From an uncultured bacterium (lineage in GTDB: Bacteria; UBP4; UBA4092), in NCBI GenBank assembly GCA_963768165.1, contig CAVYHJ010000002.1, positions 389,067 to 453,066 of the forward strand: a stretch of DNA of 64,000 nucleotides. Reading direction: 5' to 3'. Under the pieces are notes generated by a model. The model was given only the letters and a program-made list of their open reading frames with translations, searched no databases and was not told where the DNA came from. This document shows, one piece after another, positions 48,273-58,890 of the stretch. Numbering within the stretch: the first letter of the stretch is position 1; the number at the start of each line of letters is the position of its first letter. A program made the translations under genes and the position numbers.

Positions 48273-50432
48273 TTACTGTTTCCCTAACTTTTCTTTTGCT
48301 TCCGTATTAGCAGGGTCAAGTTGAAGAACTTTTTGCCAGGCGGTGAGGGATTCCTGTTCCTTTCCCAGGAGGGAAAGTATGCGGGCTAGATTCACCCATG
48401 AATTGGGATTATGCGAATTCCATTGGAGGGCATTTCGGAAAGCAGATTCAGCTTTTGAATAATTCTGTTGATTAACGTAAGCGAGTCCCAAATTGGTGTA
48501 CCCTTCCACGGATTTTGGGTTAATTCGAATGGCTTGAGAAAAATATTCAATAGCTTTGTCCATGTCTCCGGTCTTTGCGTAAGCCGTACCCAAATTGAGC
48601 CAACCGCTTTGAGAGAGGGGATTTAAATAGACATATCTTTCAAGTTCCTTTTTGGCATCCGGTATATGGTTTTGAAACAAATACCAGATTCCGCGGGTCA
48701 GATAAGGTTCTGAATAATTGGGTTCGTACTGACTTGACGAATAGGATTCGTTAAACGCCTGATCCCATATATTTCTTCGCGCGTAAAGCATGGAAAGGTT
48801 ATGTTTGGCAAGTGCAAAGGGTTGATGCGGATCTATGATGATGGGTTGATTTTGAGTTATGGGAATATCCAAGGATTTGGTTAAAATATTCCAGTACACG
48901 GATTGATCCGCCAAATCGTGTAATTCCCGGTCGGTCACAGGATGTGAGGTTAGTCGTCCAAAATAAACCGCAGGAAGAAAATAATCTTGTAAGTTGTCGG
49001 AAAGGATGACATCATATTCCGCATAGACCGGCTTGCCGGTTTCGAGAACCTGTTTCCAATCATTAGCGTTCCTCGGAATATGTTTTTCACGGTTAACACA
49101 GATAATTTTAATATCGGGACGAACCCCTTCCACCTGCTGGAGATAGAGAGTGATAAAATCGGTGAAGACATTTTGCACATAAATCGTCGAACCAAAGGGG
49201 ATATCCTGCAATATTTGATGACCGAATTGACGGGGCAGATCATATTTTAATACTGCGATGTCCTGATAATTCTGTTTAAACAAATGATAGGGAAAATTCA
49301 CAAAAACAAGGCACAGTACTATGTAAATTGACGGGAGAAAAGGGGATTTTTGCTTTTGCATGATTTCAACAACTTTACAAAATATCCAATAAATACCAAT
49401 TCCAATCCAGATGGAGAAAAGCGCATATCCCGGAAGAAAATAATTGGAAAACTCCTGTTCCATGCGTTGGCTGTGACCGTAGACCAGTCCCAGAAGAATG
49501 TTAGCGAGGATGATACTAGCGGAAAATGCAAAATATAAAAACCGTTTGCGAGACAAATAAATACATCCGATAACGCCAAGAATAATCCCCGGCCAGGTAA
49601 AGTTATTTAAAAATTCTCTGCCTGCGGCGACGGCTAAAATCTCCATGCCGTACCACGAATGGGAAAACATTTTTTCTTTGAAATCCTGATGAGTAATATA
49701 AATCTTGAACCGGTGCCAAGTTTGTGGGTCATCCCAATTGAGAACAGGATGGGTTGCCGCACGCAGAGGAATGTATAAATAGGTCATGCAGCCTAAGAAA
49801 ATCAAAGATATAAGGAAAAAGATTTTTTGAGTAGTTAATGTTTTTCTGAGGGAAGAAAATAAAAGGAGTATCCCTATTCCCGGAATCAATAAAATCATCT
49901 CTTCGTGGATTGCCAACCCCAAACCAAGAAGAAACGCAGAAAAATACAAATGCCTCTCATTATTTTCGGGAAATTGCTCGTAATATAAAAGGTGGTATCC
50001 GGCACCCAAAAGAAATAGGAGATTGGGAATATACACGCCTGCCATAACGGATTGAGACCAAAAAATCAGAGAAAAGGCAAGGGACAGGGAACCGATGAAA
50101 CCGGAGAGAAGTTGTGTAAAACAATAGTTTTCTTTTTTTGTGAAAAGAAGGAAAATCAAAAAAGTATAGACCAGAATGAGCGAACCGGACAGACACGAAA
50201 GAAAATTAATACGCAACGCGATGGTTCTTAGCGGAGCAAAAACCGAGAAAACAGAAGAAAGCAAAACGTAAAAGGGAAATCCCGTGGAGTGGGGAATTCC
50301 CAAACGGTAAGCTGCCGTGATAAATTCCCCACTATCCCACCAGTAAACCCCGGGGCACAGGGTATAGAGATAAACGGCCATGCTGGTCAAAAATAGTATT
50401 AAAAAAATGCCGGATACTTTATTCTTGAACAT
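48273..50432 (-). CDS. DUF2723-type (TMTC/TMEM260-like) polytopic membrane protein with C-terminal TPR repeats, putative GT-C glycosyltransferase
   Basis: 719 aa; N-terminal …CPGVYWWDSGEFITAAY… block, >10 TM, C-terminal TPR array. Confidence 0.6.
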   Translation of the reverse strand: MFKNKVSGIFLILFLTSMAVYLYTLCPGVYWWDSGEFITAAYRLGIPHSTGFPFYVLLSSVFSVFAPLRTIALRINFLSCLSGSLILVYTFLIFLLFTKKENYCFTQLLSGFIGSLSLAFSLIFWSQSVMAGVYIPNLLFLLGAGYHLLYYEQFPENNERHLYFSAFLLGLGLAIHEEMILLIPGIGILLLFSSLRKTLTTQKIFFLISLIFLGCMTYLYIPLRAATHPVLNWDDPQTWHRFKIYITHQDFKEKMFSHSWYGMEILAVAAGREFLNNFTWPGIILGVIGCIYLSRKRFLYFAFSASIILANILLGLVYGHSQRMEQEFSNYFLPGYALFSIWIGIGIYWIFCKVVEIMQKQKSPFLPSIYIVLCLVFVNFPYHLFKQNYQDIAVLKYDLPRQFGHQILQDIPFGSTIYVQNVFTDFITLYLQQVEGVRPDIKIICVNREKHIPRNANDWKQVLETGKPVYAEYDVILSDNLQDYFLPAVYFGRLTSHPVTDRELHDLADQSVYWNILTKSLDIPITQNQPIIIDPHQPFALAKHNLSMLYARRNIWDQAFNESYSSSQYEPNYSEPYLTRGIWYLFQNHIPDAKKELERYVYLNPLSQSGWLNLGTAYAKTGDMDKAIEYFSQAIRINPKSVEGYTNLGLAYVNQQNYSKAESAFRNALQWNSHNPNSWVNLARILSLLGKEQESLTAWQKVLQLDPANTEAKEKLGKQ

Positions 50433-50592
50433 AAATGCCCTTGTCCTCCAGTCATAATATCATATTGACGGAAAATTAGTTTCAAGTGTAGCGTTACTTT
50501 TGTAATTGCGGGTACGAAGGGTTATGATTGCCCGCTGGGGTGGGGATGTAATATAATTAATAGCTTACCTGAATAAGGACAAGAGTTGAATA

Positions 50593-51579
50593 ATGTCTAA
50601 AAATGTTCCCAAGAAAAAGTACGCCATTGGTATAGACCTGGGCGGGCAATCGGTCAAAGGCGCCCTCGTGGATTCCAAAGGGAAAATCATTTTCGAAAAC
50701 GTTTACCCTACCGAAAGGAAAAAAGGGCCGAAACACGTTATTGGAAAAACGCGCCAACTTGTCCATGAACTGGCGCATTATGGAAAACAGAAAAATGGAA
50801 ATATTCTCGGAGCCTGTGTGGCTGTCCCCGGTTTGATTGATATGAAATCATGGATAGTGCGAATTGCACCTAATTTACCGGGTTGGGTGGATATCCCCTT
50901 GCGAAAAGAAATGCAAAAAGGGTTTTCATTTCCCATTTATTTAGAAAACGATGCGAACGCCGCCGCCTTTGGTGAAAAATGGATTGGCGTGGGGAAAAAT
51001 GTGAATACGATGGTGTTATTAACCTTGGGTACGGGAATTGGCGGAGGGCTTATTTTAAACGGCAAAGTCTGGCATGGCGCGGATGGCGCGGGAGGAGAAC
51101 CGGGACATATTAATTTATTTCCCGACGGCTTGTTATGCGGATGCGGGAACCACGGTTGTTTGGAAGCGCATACATCTGCATTGGGCATAACCAAAAGAAC
51201 CAAAATGGCGCTTGAATCCGGTGAGAAAAGTCTTCTTACGAAAATAGTTAAGGACGATTTGACACAAATAACTCCCAAACTGGTAAGTGAAGCCGCTAAA
51301 CGCGGAGATAAACTGGCTAAAAAAATAATGGATGATACTGGACGATATCTGGGAATTGGAATTATGTCTCTAGTTAATTTATTGAATCCCGAAATGGTCG
51401 TCCTCGGCGGTGGAATTATGAAAGCCGGAAACTTAATTTTAAAACCGGTACACGATGAATTTAAAAAACGGGGGTTCAAATTTTTAATCCAGCGCACGAA
51501 AATCGTTCCCGCGAAACTGGGTAATGAAGCCGGACGAATTGGCGCTGCAGGAATCGTCTTTGCTCAAGATATCGATTAA
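50593..51579 (+). CDS. ROK-family sugar kinase (glucokinase-like)
   Basis: YAIGIDLGGQSVKGALVD… ATPase N-terminus and CGCGNHGCLEAHTS zinc motif. Confidence 0.8.
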   Translation: MSKNVPKKKYAIGIDLGGQSVKGALVDSKGKIIFENVYPTERKKGPKHVIGKTRQLVHELAHYGKQKNGNILGACVAVPGLIDMKSWIVRIAPNLPGWVDIPLRKEMQKGFSFPIYLENDANAAAFGEKWIGVGKNVNTMVLLTLGTGIGGGLILNGKVWHGADGAGGEPGHINLFPDGLLCGCGNHGCLEAHTSALGITKRTKMALESGEKSLLTKIVKDDLTQITPKLVSEAAKRGDKLAKKIMDDTGRYLGIGIMSLVNLLNPEMVVLGGGIMKAGNLILKPVHDEFKKRGFKFLIQRTKIVPAKLGNEAGRIGAAGIVFAQDID

Positions 51580-51586
51580 TTAATTT

Positions 51587-53380
51587 ATGTACCCAAAAAG
51601 AATTCGAAACTTTAGTATTATCGCGCACATTGACCACGGGAAAACTACGCTCTCCGACCGTTTGTTGGAGGTAACCGGTGCCTTGACCCAACGGGAAATG
51701 CGCGACCAGGTATTGGATTCAATGGACTTGGAGCGGGAACGTGGCATCACCATTAAATCTCATCCGGTACGTCTGGATTATAAAGCCAAAGACGGCAAGG
51801 AATACGTTTTGAATTTACTGGATACTCCCGGCCACGTGGATTTCTCTTATGAAGTCTCCCGCTCGTTGGCGGGTTGTGAAGGCGCTGTACTGCTCATTGA
51901 CGCATCCCAGGGTGTGGAAGCACAAACCCTCGCCAATGCCTACATGGCGATGGATCATAAACTGGCAATCATTCCTGTCATCAATAAAATCGATTTACCC
52001 AATGCTAATGTTGAATCCAGCGCCCATCAGATTTGTCAGATTCTTCCTATTCAAGAAAAGGATATTATCCTTGCCAGTGGAAAAGAAGGTATTGGCATCG
52101 AGGATATTTTGGAAGCGGTGGTTCATCGTGTCCCGCCTCCCAAGGGGAAATTGGATTTACCTCTCGCCGCGCTGATTTTCGATTCATCCTACGACAGTTA
52201 CCGCGGGGTCATCGTGAATTACAGGATTTTTGACGGTACCATTAAAGCAGGGGACAAGATTCAAATGATGGCAAATAAACAGGAATATGAAGTCATGGAA
52301 ATCGGTACCTTCCAACCCAAGATGGAACCCACTAAAGAATTGAGCGCGGGGGAAGTGGGTTACATGATTGCCAATATTAAAACCATCAGCGATGTAAAAA
52401 TTGGCGATACTATTACCAATTATTTGCATGGCCGGACAATACCCCTGCCGGGGTACCGCGCGGTAAAACCGATGGTCTATTGCGGACTGTATCCCGCCGT
52501 CAGTGAAGATTATGAAGAGTTGCGGGATGCTCTTTCCAAGTTAAAGTTAAATGATGCTTCTTTTGTTTTTGAACCGGATAATTCACCCGCCTTGGGTTTT
52601 GGATTCCGCTGCGGTTTTCTCGGTTTGCTGCACATGGAAATTATTCAGGAACGGTTGGAACGGGAATATAATTTAACGTTGGTTACAACCGCGCCCAATG
52701 TGCTCTATCAAGTCAAGAAACCCAGTGGAGATGTGATTGAAGTGGACAACCCGTCCAAATTCCCGACCGGTCAGGTCGAGGAATGTTTGGAGCCGTACAT
52801 CAAAGCCACCTTGATTATGCCCGCGGAATATGTCGGTAACGTCATGAAATTGGCGACTACCCGACGGGGAGAATTCGTCAAAATTGATTATTCCGATACT
52901 AATCGCGCCACCATTATTTTTAATTTCCCGCTGGCGGAAACCATTCTCGATTTCTATGACAAATTAAAATCCGTCAGCCGGGGATATGCCTCCATGGATT
53001 ACGAATTTATTGGATACCGTCCCTCTGACTTGGTGAAACTGGATATTCTTCTCAATGGCGACCCGGTAGATGCTTTATCTATTATTGTCCATAAAGATTT
53101 TGCCTATCACCGGGGACGTGCTCTGGTGGAAAAACTGCGCACCTTGGTTCCCCGGCAAATGTTTGAAGTCGCCATTCAAGCCGCCATTGGCAGCCGCGTT
53201 ATTTCCAGGGAAACTGTGAGCGCTCTCCGCAAAAACGTCACGGCTAAATGTTATGGCGGCGATATTACACGTAAACGCAAATTATTGGAAAAACAAAAAG
53301 AAGGGAAAAAACGCATGAAACAAATTGGCCGGGTGCAGATTCCGCAGGAAGCCTTCATGGCGGTATTAACGGTAGAATAA
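51587..53380 (+). CDS. lepA: elongation factor 4
   Basis: [23 protein letters not shown]… GTPase and LepA-specific C-terminal domain. Confidence 0.9.
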   Translation: MYPKRIRNFSIIAHIDHGKTTLSDRLLEVTGALTQREMRDQVLDSMDLERERGITIKSHPVRLDYKAKDGKEYVLNLLDTPGHVDFSYEVSRSLAGCEGAVLLIDASQGVEAQTLANAYMAMDHKLAIIPVINKIDLPNANVESSAHQICQILPIQEKDIILASGKEGIGIEDILEAVVHRVPPPKGKLDLPLAALIFDSSYDSYRGVIVNYRIFDGTIKAGDKIQMMANKQEYEVMEIGTFQPKMEPTKELSAGEVGYMIANIKTISDVKIGDTITNYLHGRTIPLPGYRAVKPMVYCGLYPAVSEDYEELRDALSKLKLNDASFVFEPDNSPALGFGFRCGFLGLLHMEIIQERLEREYNLTLVTTAPNVLYQVKKPSGDVIEVDNPSKFPTGQVEECLEPYIKATLIMPAEYVGNVMKLATTRRGEFVKIDYSDTNRATIIFNFPLAETILDFYDKLKSVSRGYASMDYEFIGYRPSDLVKLDILLNGDPVDALSIIVHKDFAYHRGRALVEKLRTLVPRQMFEVAIQAAIGSRVISRETVSALRKNVTAKCYGGDITRKRKLLEKQKEGKKRMKQIGRVQIPQEAFMAVLTVE

Positions 53381-53950
53381 ATGAATCATGAAAAATCTCT
53401 TTGGCGGGAATGTATTGAACTTATTTTAAAAGGGTTTATGCTGGCATTAGTCATTCAAACATTTATCACCAAACCGTTCAAGATTCCCTCTGGTTCCATG
53501 ATGGATACGTTACAAATCGGGGATTTGATATTGGTCAACCGGTTTGCCTATTGGTTCAGTACTCCGAAACGAGGAGATGTGATTGTGTTTAAGTATCCAG
53601 TAAATCCCAAACAGGATTTTATTAAGCGTATCATCGCTACCGCGGGAGAAACCTTGGACATTCGTGATTATAAAGTCTATGTCAATAACCAACCTCTTGC
53701 CGAACCGTTTATCCGGGAACCCACTGTCGAGAAGGGTCTTACGACCTTTCCCTATAAAGTTCCGGAGGGTTATGTTTTTGTCATGGGGGATAACCGCAAT
53801 AATAGCCGGGACAGCCGGTTCTGGGGACCGTTACAATTAACCGCCATCAAAGGGAAAGCCTATATCATCTATTGGTATAATAAAAATCGCAAGGGTAAGG
53901 ACATGGGTTACTATTCCTGGAATCCCTTGCGGTTTCATTTGATTCGTTAG
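53381..53950 (+). CDS. lepB: signal peptidase I (paralog 1)
   Basis: SGSMMDTLQIGDLILVNRF (Ser box), KRIIATAGE…, GDNRNNSRDSRFWG. Confidence 0.85.
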   Translation: MNHEKSLWRECIELILKGFMLALVIQTFITKPFKIPSGSMMDTLQIGDLILVNRFAYWFSTPKRGDVIVFKYPVNPKQDFIKRIIATAGETLDIRDYKVYVNNQPLAEPFIREPTVEKGLTTFPYKVPEGYVFVMGDNRNNSRDSRFWGPLQLTAIKGKAYIIYWYNKNRKGKDMGYYSWNPLRFHLIR

Positions 53951-53963
53951 AAAGGACTTTATT

Positions 53964-54617
53964 GTGATTCATAAAAAATCCATAATTAGAGAATGGACGG
54001 AAGCCATCTTTGTAGCGGGGACATTGGCATTAATCGCCCATACCTTTATTGCCAAACCGTTTGTCATTCCCTCCGAGTCCATGTGCAATACGTTACAAAT
54101 CGGCGACATGGTTTTCGTCAACCGGTTCATCTATTGGTTTTCTCCCCCGAAACATGGCGATATTATTGTATTCAAATTTCCGGGAAAATACGGCCTTATC
54201 CCTTGGGAAATGGTACAGCGCCAATATACTGAAACAGGGTGGAACCGGGGACCACATATTGATTTTATAAAACGGTGTATCGGGGTGGCAGGCGATACTA
54301 TTGATATTCGCGATGACAAGGTATATCGCAATGGTGTGGCCTTGGTCGAACCCTACATTGCTGAACCCATGCGAACCAATCCGTATATGCTGCCCAATGT
54401 TACTTTTCCCTATAAAGTCCCCGCGGGGTATGTGTTTGCAATGGGAGATAATCGCAATAATAGTTGGGATAGTCGGTTCTGGGGTCCGGTTAATATGAAA
54501 TTCCTTAAGGGAAAAGCATTTATCATGCATTGGTACTCTCGCGATAGGGAAGGCTATCGTGTTCCCTTTGAACCTTGGAAACCTTGGACCTTATGGCGAA
54601 TTCGATTGGTCAAATGA
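53964..54617 (+). CDS. lepB: signal peptidase I (paralog 2)
   Basis: SESMCNTLQIGDMVFVNRF, KRCIGVAGD, GDNRNNSWDSRFWG. Confidence 0.85.
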   Translation: MIHKKSIIREWTEAIFVAGTLALIAHTFIAKPFVIPSESMCNTLQIGDMVFVNRFIYWFSPPKHGDIIVFKFPGKYGLIPWEMVQRQYTETGWNRGPHIDFIKRCIGVAGDTIDIRDDKVYRNGVALVEPYIAEPMRTNPYMLPNVTFPYKVPAGYVFAMGDNRNNSWDSRFWGPVNMKFLKGKAFIMHWYSRDREGYRVPFEPWKPWTLWRIRLVK

Positions 54618-55738
54618 CAAGCATTTATATCCATATTCCTTTTTGCGTGAGCAAATGCCATTACTGCGACTTTAATTCGTATGCCGATAAATCGCATCTG
54701 GTGGCTCGGTATCAGTCAGCTCTTCTGAAAGAAATATCTTCGTTTGCCAATGGACAAAAGATTAATACAATATTCTTTGGCGGCGGTACACCTTCCTATT
54801 TACCCCCCGAACAGATTGATAGGCTGTTACAACAAGTGAAACAATCTTTTGATTGTTCCAAGGTTAAAGAAACTACTTTGGAGACCAATCCTGAGACCAT
54901 TGAGGATACCGAAAGATTTATTGGATACCGCAAAGCGGGAATTAACCGGATTAGTTTAGGAGCTCAATCTTTTGATAATACCATTTTACTTTCTATGAAT
55001 CGCCCGCATAAAGCCGAGAAAATACCAGAAGTTTTACACTATGCGCGGGAAGCCGGATTCGATAATATGAATCTCGATTTTATATTCGGGTATCCCCAAC
55101 AAACCATGGAGACCTGGCAGGATACGCTGGAGAAAGCCATTGAGTTACACCCGGAACATTTAAGTATTTACGGGTTGACGGTTGAACCGGGCACTTTTCT
55201 CTATACCTATGTAAAACAAGGAAAACAAACCCCTGCGCACGATGACTTGGTTCTTGAAATGTACCAGTATACTCTTGAAAGATTACCTTCCGCAGGATAC
55301 CAACAATACGAAATATCCAATTTCTCTTTACCGGGCAGAGAATGTCAACACAATATCAATTATTGGAAAAACGGGGACTATTTCGGTTTTGGCGCGGGAG
55401 CCCATTCCTATATCAACGGTCGGCGATATTGGAATATCCGTTCAGTTGACGAATATGTCAAACGTATGGAATCCGGCCAATCTCCGGCGGTTGGAGAAGA
55501 ACAACTCGATGGTAGATATAAAATGGCGGAATCAGCCATGTTAGCATTACGTCTCAATGAAGGGTTAAACCGGGCGACATTCCAAGCCCAATTCCAACAA
55601 GACCCGCTGGAGATATTTTCCGACGTATTCTCCCAATATTCCCAAGCCGGCCTTTTACACATGGATGACTCCCGTATCCAACTCACCCAACAGGGACTCT
55701 ATCTCTCCGATTCGCTCTTCGCTGATTTGTTTGTCTAA
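54614..55738 (+). CDS. hemW: radical SAM heme chaperone HemW (HemN-like)
   Basis: ATGA overlap with lepB2 stop; IYIHIPFCVSKCHYCDFNSY CxxxCxxC. Confidence 0.85.
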   Translation: MTSIYIHIPFCVSKCHYCDFNSYADKSHLVARYQSALLKEISSFANGQKINTIFFGGGTPSYLPPEQIDRLLQQVKQSFDCSKVKETTLETNPETIEDTERFIGYRKAGINRISLGAQSFDNTILLSMNRPHKAEKIPEVLHYAREAGFDNMNLDFIFGYPQQTMETWQDTLEKAIELHPEHLSIYGLTVEPGTFLYTYVKQGKQTPAHDDLVLEMYQYTLERLPSAGYQQYEISNFSLPGRECQHNINYWKNGDYFGFGAGAHSYINGRRYWNIRSVDEYVKRMESGQSPAVGEEQLDGRYKMAESAMLALRLNEGLNRATFQAQFQQDPLEIFSDVFSQYSQAGLLHMDDSRIQLTQQGLYLSDSLFADLFV

Positions 55739-55880
55739 TCGCTTCGCCTATTGACTCCTCCGCAAATTCCTGATTATAGTATTGTGTTCTATAATCCAAT
55801 AAATCAAGAGGAAATAGATTATTAACAGTTCTTCTACAGACCGTTCAAAAGCATATCTCCTATTAGGTTTTATTGTAATA

Positions 55881-57275
55881 TTGGGTAGTATATTACGTAT
55901 TTATCATTTAGGAACGGAAGACCTTTGGCTTGATGAGATTTTTACAATTGGGGATGCTCGTCAAAGTGTTTTTAAACTTTTACCACATGTTTTAGAAAAT
56001 GGAGCATTCCCATTTTTAGCTGTTCTAATACATTTCACTATGCGTCTATTTGGTGAATCAGCCATAACTGTCCGGTTGCCTTCTTGCATCTTTGGGATTC
56101 TCGGTATACCCATGATATTTCTCGTTGGGCGGAAAATGTTCAATGATATCGTAGGATTGTGTACAGCTTGTTTTTTAGCCATATCGCCTTACCATATATA
56201 TTATTCCCAGGAAGCACGGGCGTATACATTACAAATATTTCTTCTTTTGGCGGTGATTTTCTTTTTCTTGAAAGTCATAGAAGACAATTCTCCGATAAAT
56301 TGGCTTTTATTTTTAGGATGCGAATTATTGGCAACCTTCGCTCATTGGTATTCTACAATAATGATTTTAAGTATCAATCTTTATTTCGTCTTTTTGTGGA
56401 TTTCAAAAAAAGAGATTCGGTTGCGTACTTTAAGTTGGATTATAAGTCAAAGCATCTACTTAATTGTAACTATCCCCTGGCTTTTGACATTATCTTCATA
56501 TCATGTATGGGAAAAAGCCAAATGGATTCCTCCGCTGTCTCCCAAAGTAATTCCCGAAACATTTTATGATTTTAGTACAAGTATTACCGAAATGAATTTC
56601 CCAGCATGGATATTATGGTTTGGAAGTTTAATCTTTTGCATCTTATTCTTTTTGGCATTTGTTCGGCGATTTAGTGGGAATAAAAATGATTTGGGAGATA
56701 AATCTAATTTTTCTTTTAGTCTATCTTTGGCATTATTTATTTTTCCTATTGTGATTTTTTATTTGTATTCATTGCGTTTAAATAGTTATTTAGCATGGAG
56801 ATATCTGATTATTGCTTTACCCGGCTTTTATTTACTTTCAGCGCAAGGATTGACTTGGATTACATCCCGGTGGGTAAAAACACTGTTTCTGATATTAATA
56901 TGTTTTGTTTACGGATTTTGTTTGTATATACAATTTTTAAAACCTCATAAGATTAGTCTGCGGAAACCTGCGGAATATGTTCGCATCCATTACAAACTGG
57001 GAGATGCAATCATGATTATTCCTCCTTTCTGGGGAAAGTCTTTTTCTTATTATAATCCAGATGCGATTAATGTTTTATTACCGGATCCGCCTACCTATTA
57101 TGAAACCGCTTCTGCGGAATCAGCAAAGAAATATGAGAGGATTTGGCTGGTAGAAGTACCTGAATATATTGAACCGTTTCCTTTAACCCATTACTATCAA
57201 AATCATCAACTCCTATTAAATGTTCTGGAAAGAGGAGTCAGGCTATCTTTATATTCAAACCCGATTCACAACTAA
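55881..57275 (+). CDS. GT-C membrane glycosyltransferase, family 39/83-like (ArnT/PMT-type); TTG start
   Basis: …LGTEDLWLDEIFTIGDARQSVF…ISPYHIYYSQEARAYTLQIF…; no ATG/GTG upstream in frame before stop. Confidence 0.6.
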   Translation: MGSILRIYHLGTEDLWLDEIFTIGDARQSVFKLLPHVLENGAFPFLAVLIHFTMRLFGESAITVRLPSCIFGILGIPMIFLVGRKMFNDIVGLCTACFLAISPYHIYYSQEARAYTLQIFLLLAVIFFFLKVIEDNSPINWLLFLGCELLATFAHWYSTIMILSINLYFVFLWISKKEIRLRTLSWIISQSIYLIVTIPWLLTLSSYHVWEKAKWIPPLSPKVIPETFYDFSTSITEMNFPAWILWFGSLIFCILFFLAFVRRFSGNKNDLGDKSNFSFSLSLALFIFPIVIFYLYSLRLNSYLAWRYLIIALPGFYLLSAQGLTWITSRWVKTLFLILICFVYGFCLYIQFLKPHKISLRKPAEYVRIHYKLGDAIMIIPPFWGKSFSYYNPDAINVLLPDPPTYYETASAESAKKYERIWLVEVPEYIEPFPLTHYYQNHQLLLNVLERGVRLSLYSNPIHN

Positions 57276-57330
57276 TATTCTTGACAATGCACCACAGGTT
57301 CGCTAATCTAGCGCTGGAGTCTATAAACCC

Positions 57331-58878
57331 ATGAAAATCGTTACCTCCGCCCAGATGCGGGAAATTGATTATGCCACAATTGGTGAAATGCGGATTCCTG
57401 GATTGCGGTTAATGGAGAATGCCGGGAAAGCCGTAGCAGACGCCATCTTAAAACATTATCCCACGGCTCAATCCATCGGGTTTCTGTGTGGAAGAGCAAA
57501 TAACGGCGGGGACGGATTGGTCTGTGCCCGTCACCTCATTCAACAGGGTAAATCCGTAGAAGTCTTTTTGTTGGCAACAGCGGATGATCTAAAAGGGGAT
57601 GCCAAAGCCAATGTAACAGCTTATCTAAATCTGACTCCTCCGCCGAAATTGATAGAAATAACCACCGATGACCAACTCAAGCAAGCCAGTCTCTCGCTCA
57701 AGAAGTTTGATTTACTGGTAGATGCACTGTTGGGTACCGGTACATCGGGACAAATTCGCGGATTAACATCTTTGGCGGTAGATATTTTGAATAATACGGA
57801 GAAACCTATTGTATCTATTGATATTCCGACCGGGTTGGATGCGGACCGGGGAACGACATTGGGAAAATGTATCGGTCCGCAACTGACAATCACCTTGGGA
57901 TTACCCAAAGTTGGTTTGGTGACCTATCCCGGAGCAAAACATGTCGGGCATTTGGAAATTGTAGATATCGGAATCCCGGAAAAGGTAATCCGGGAGAAAC
58001 ATATTTACCTGAACTGGGTTACAGAGGAAGAAATTGCCACTCTCCTGCCATCCCGAGACCCGGACTCCCATAAGGGAACCTATGGTCATGTGTTGGTACT
58101 CGCGGGATCCCCGGGATTGACCGGCGCAGCAATATTAACCAGTATGGCGGGATTACGGAGCGGTGCCGGATTGGTGACATTAGGTATTCCCAATTCATTG
58201 CAGAATGTAATGGCGACGAAATTAACCGAAGTGATGACGTGGGGATTACCTGAAACACCCAAACATACTCTGGACATGAACGCGGAACCACTCATTTTGG
58301 ATTTTCTACACAAAGCAAATGTACTGGCTGTCGGACCGGGAATCTCCACTAATGAACAAACCATGGCTCTGGTACGACGATTAATTCAGGAATCTACCCG
58401 ACCGATGGTGATAGATGCCGACGGATTGCGCGCCTTTTCCCAAGACCCTTCGGTTTGTAAATTGGCGAAAGCCCCGCTTATTTTAACTCCGCATCCCGGA
58501 GAAATGGCGCGATTAATTCATGGCACGACCAAAGATGTGCAATCCAATCGTATAGGTCTGGCGCAAAAGTTTGCCAAAGAATATAAAGTATACTTGATAC
58601 TCAAAGGAGCACGTACCCTTATCGCCGAACCCGGCGGTCAAGTCTATATCAATCCAACCGGAAATCCGGGCATGGCGACCGGTGGAGCGGGAGATGTATT
58701 AACGGGATTCATAGCTGGGTTCCTGGCACAGGGATTAACGCCATTAGAGGCGTGTTTGTTGGGAACTTATTTGCACGGGTCTTCCGGCGATTTTGCTGCT
58801 CAAAGTTTGACTCAATTCTGTCTGATTGCAGATGACCTCTTAACCTATCTCCCCAAAGCCATTCAGAAACTACAGTAG
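57331..58878 (+). CDS. nnr: bifunctional NAD(P)H-hydrate repair enzyme (epimerase/dehydratase)
   Basis: YjeF-N (MKIVTSAQMREIDYATIGEM…) and YjeF-C carbohydrate-kinase-like domains. Confidence 0.85.
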   Translation: MKIVTSAQMREIDYATIGEMRIPGLRLMENAGKAVADAILKHYPTAQSIGFLCGRANNGGDGLVCARHLIQQGKSVEVFLLATADDLKGDAKANVTAYLNLTPPPKLIEITTDDQLKQASLSLKKFDLLVDALLGTGTSGQIRGLTSLAVDILNNTEKPIVSIDIPTGLDADRGTTLGKCIGPQLTITLGLPKVGLVTYPGAKHVGHLEIVDIGIPEKVIREKHIYLNWVTEEEIATLLPSRDPDSHKGTYGHVLVLAGSPGLTGAAILTSMAGLRSGAGLVTLGIPNSLQNVMATKLTEVMTWGLPETPKHTLDMNAEPLILDFLHKANVLAVGPGISTNEQTMALVRRLIQESTRPMVIDADGLRAFSQDPSVCKLAKAPLILTPHPGEMARLIHGTTKDVQSNRIGLAQKFAKEYKVYLILKGARTLIAEPGGQVYINPTGNPGMATGGAGDVLTGFIAGFLAQGLTPLEACLLGTYLHGSSGDFAAQSLTQFCLIADDLLTYLPKAIQKLQ

Positions 58879-58890
58879 GCGATTGGATCA

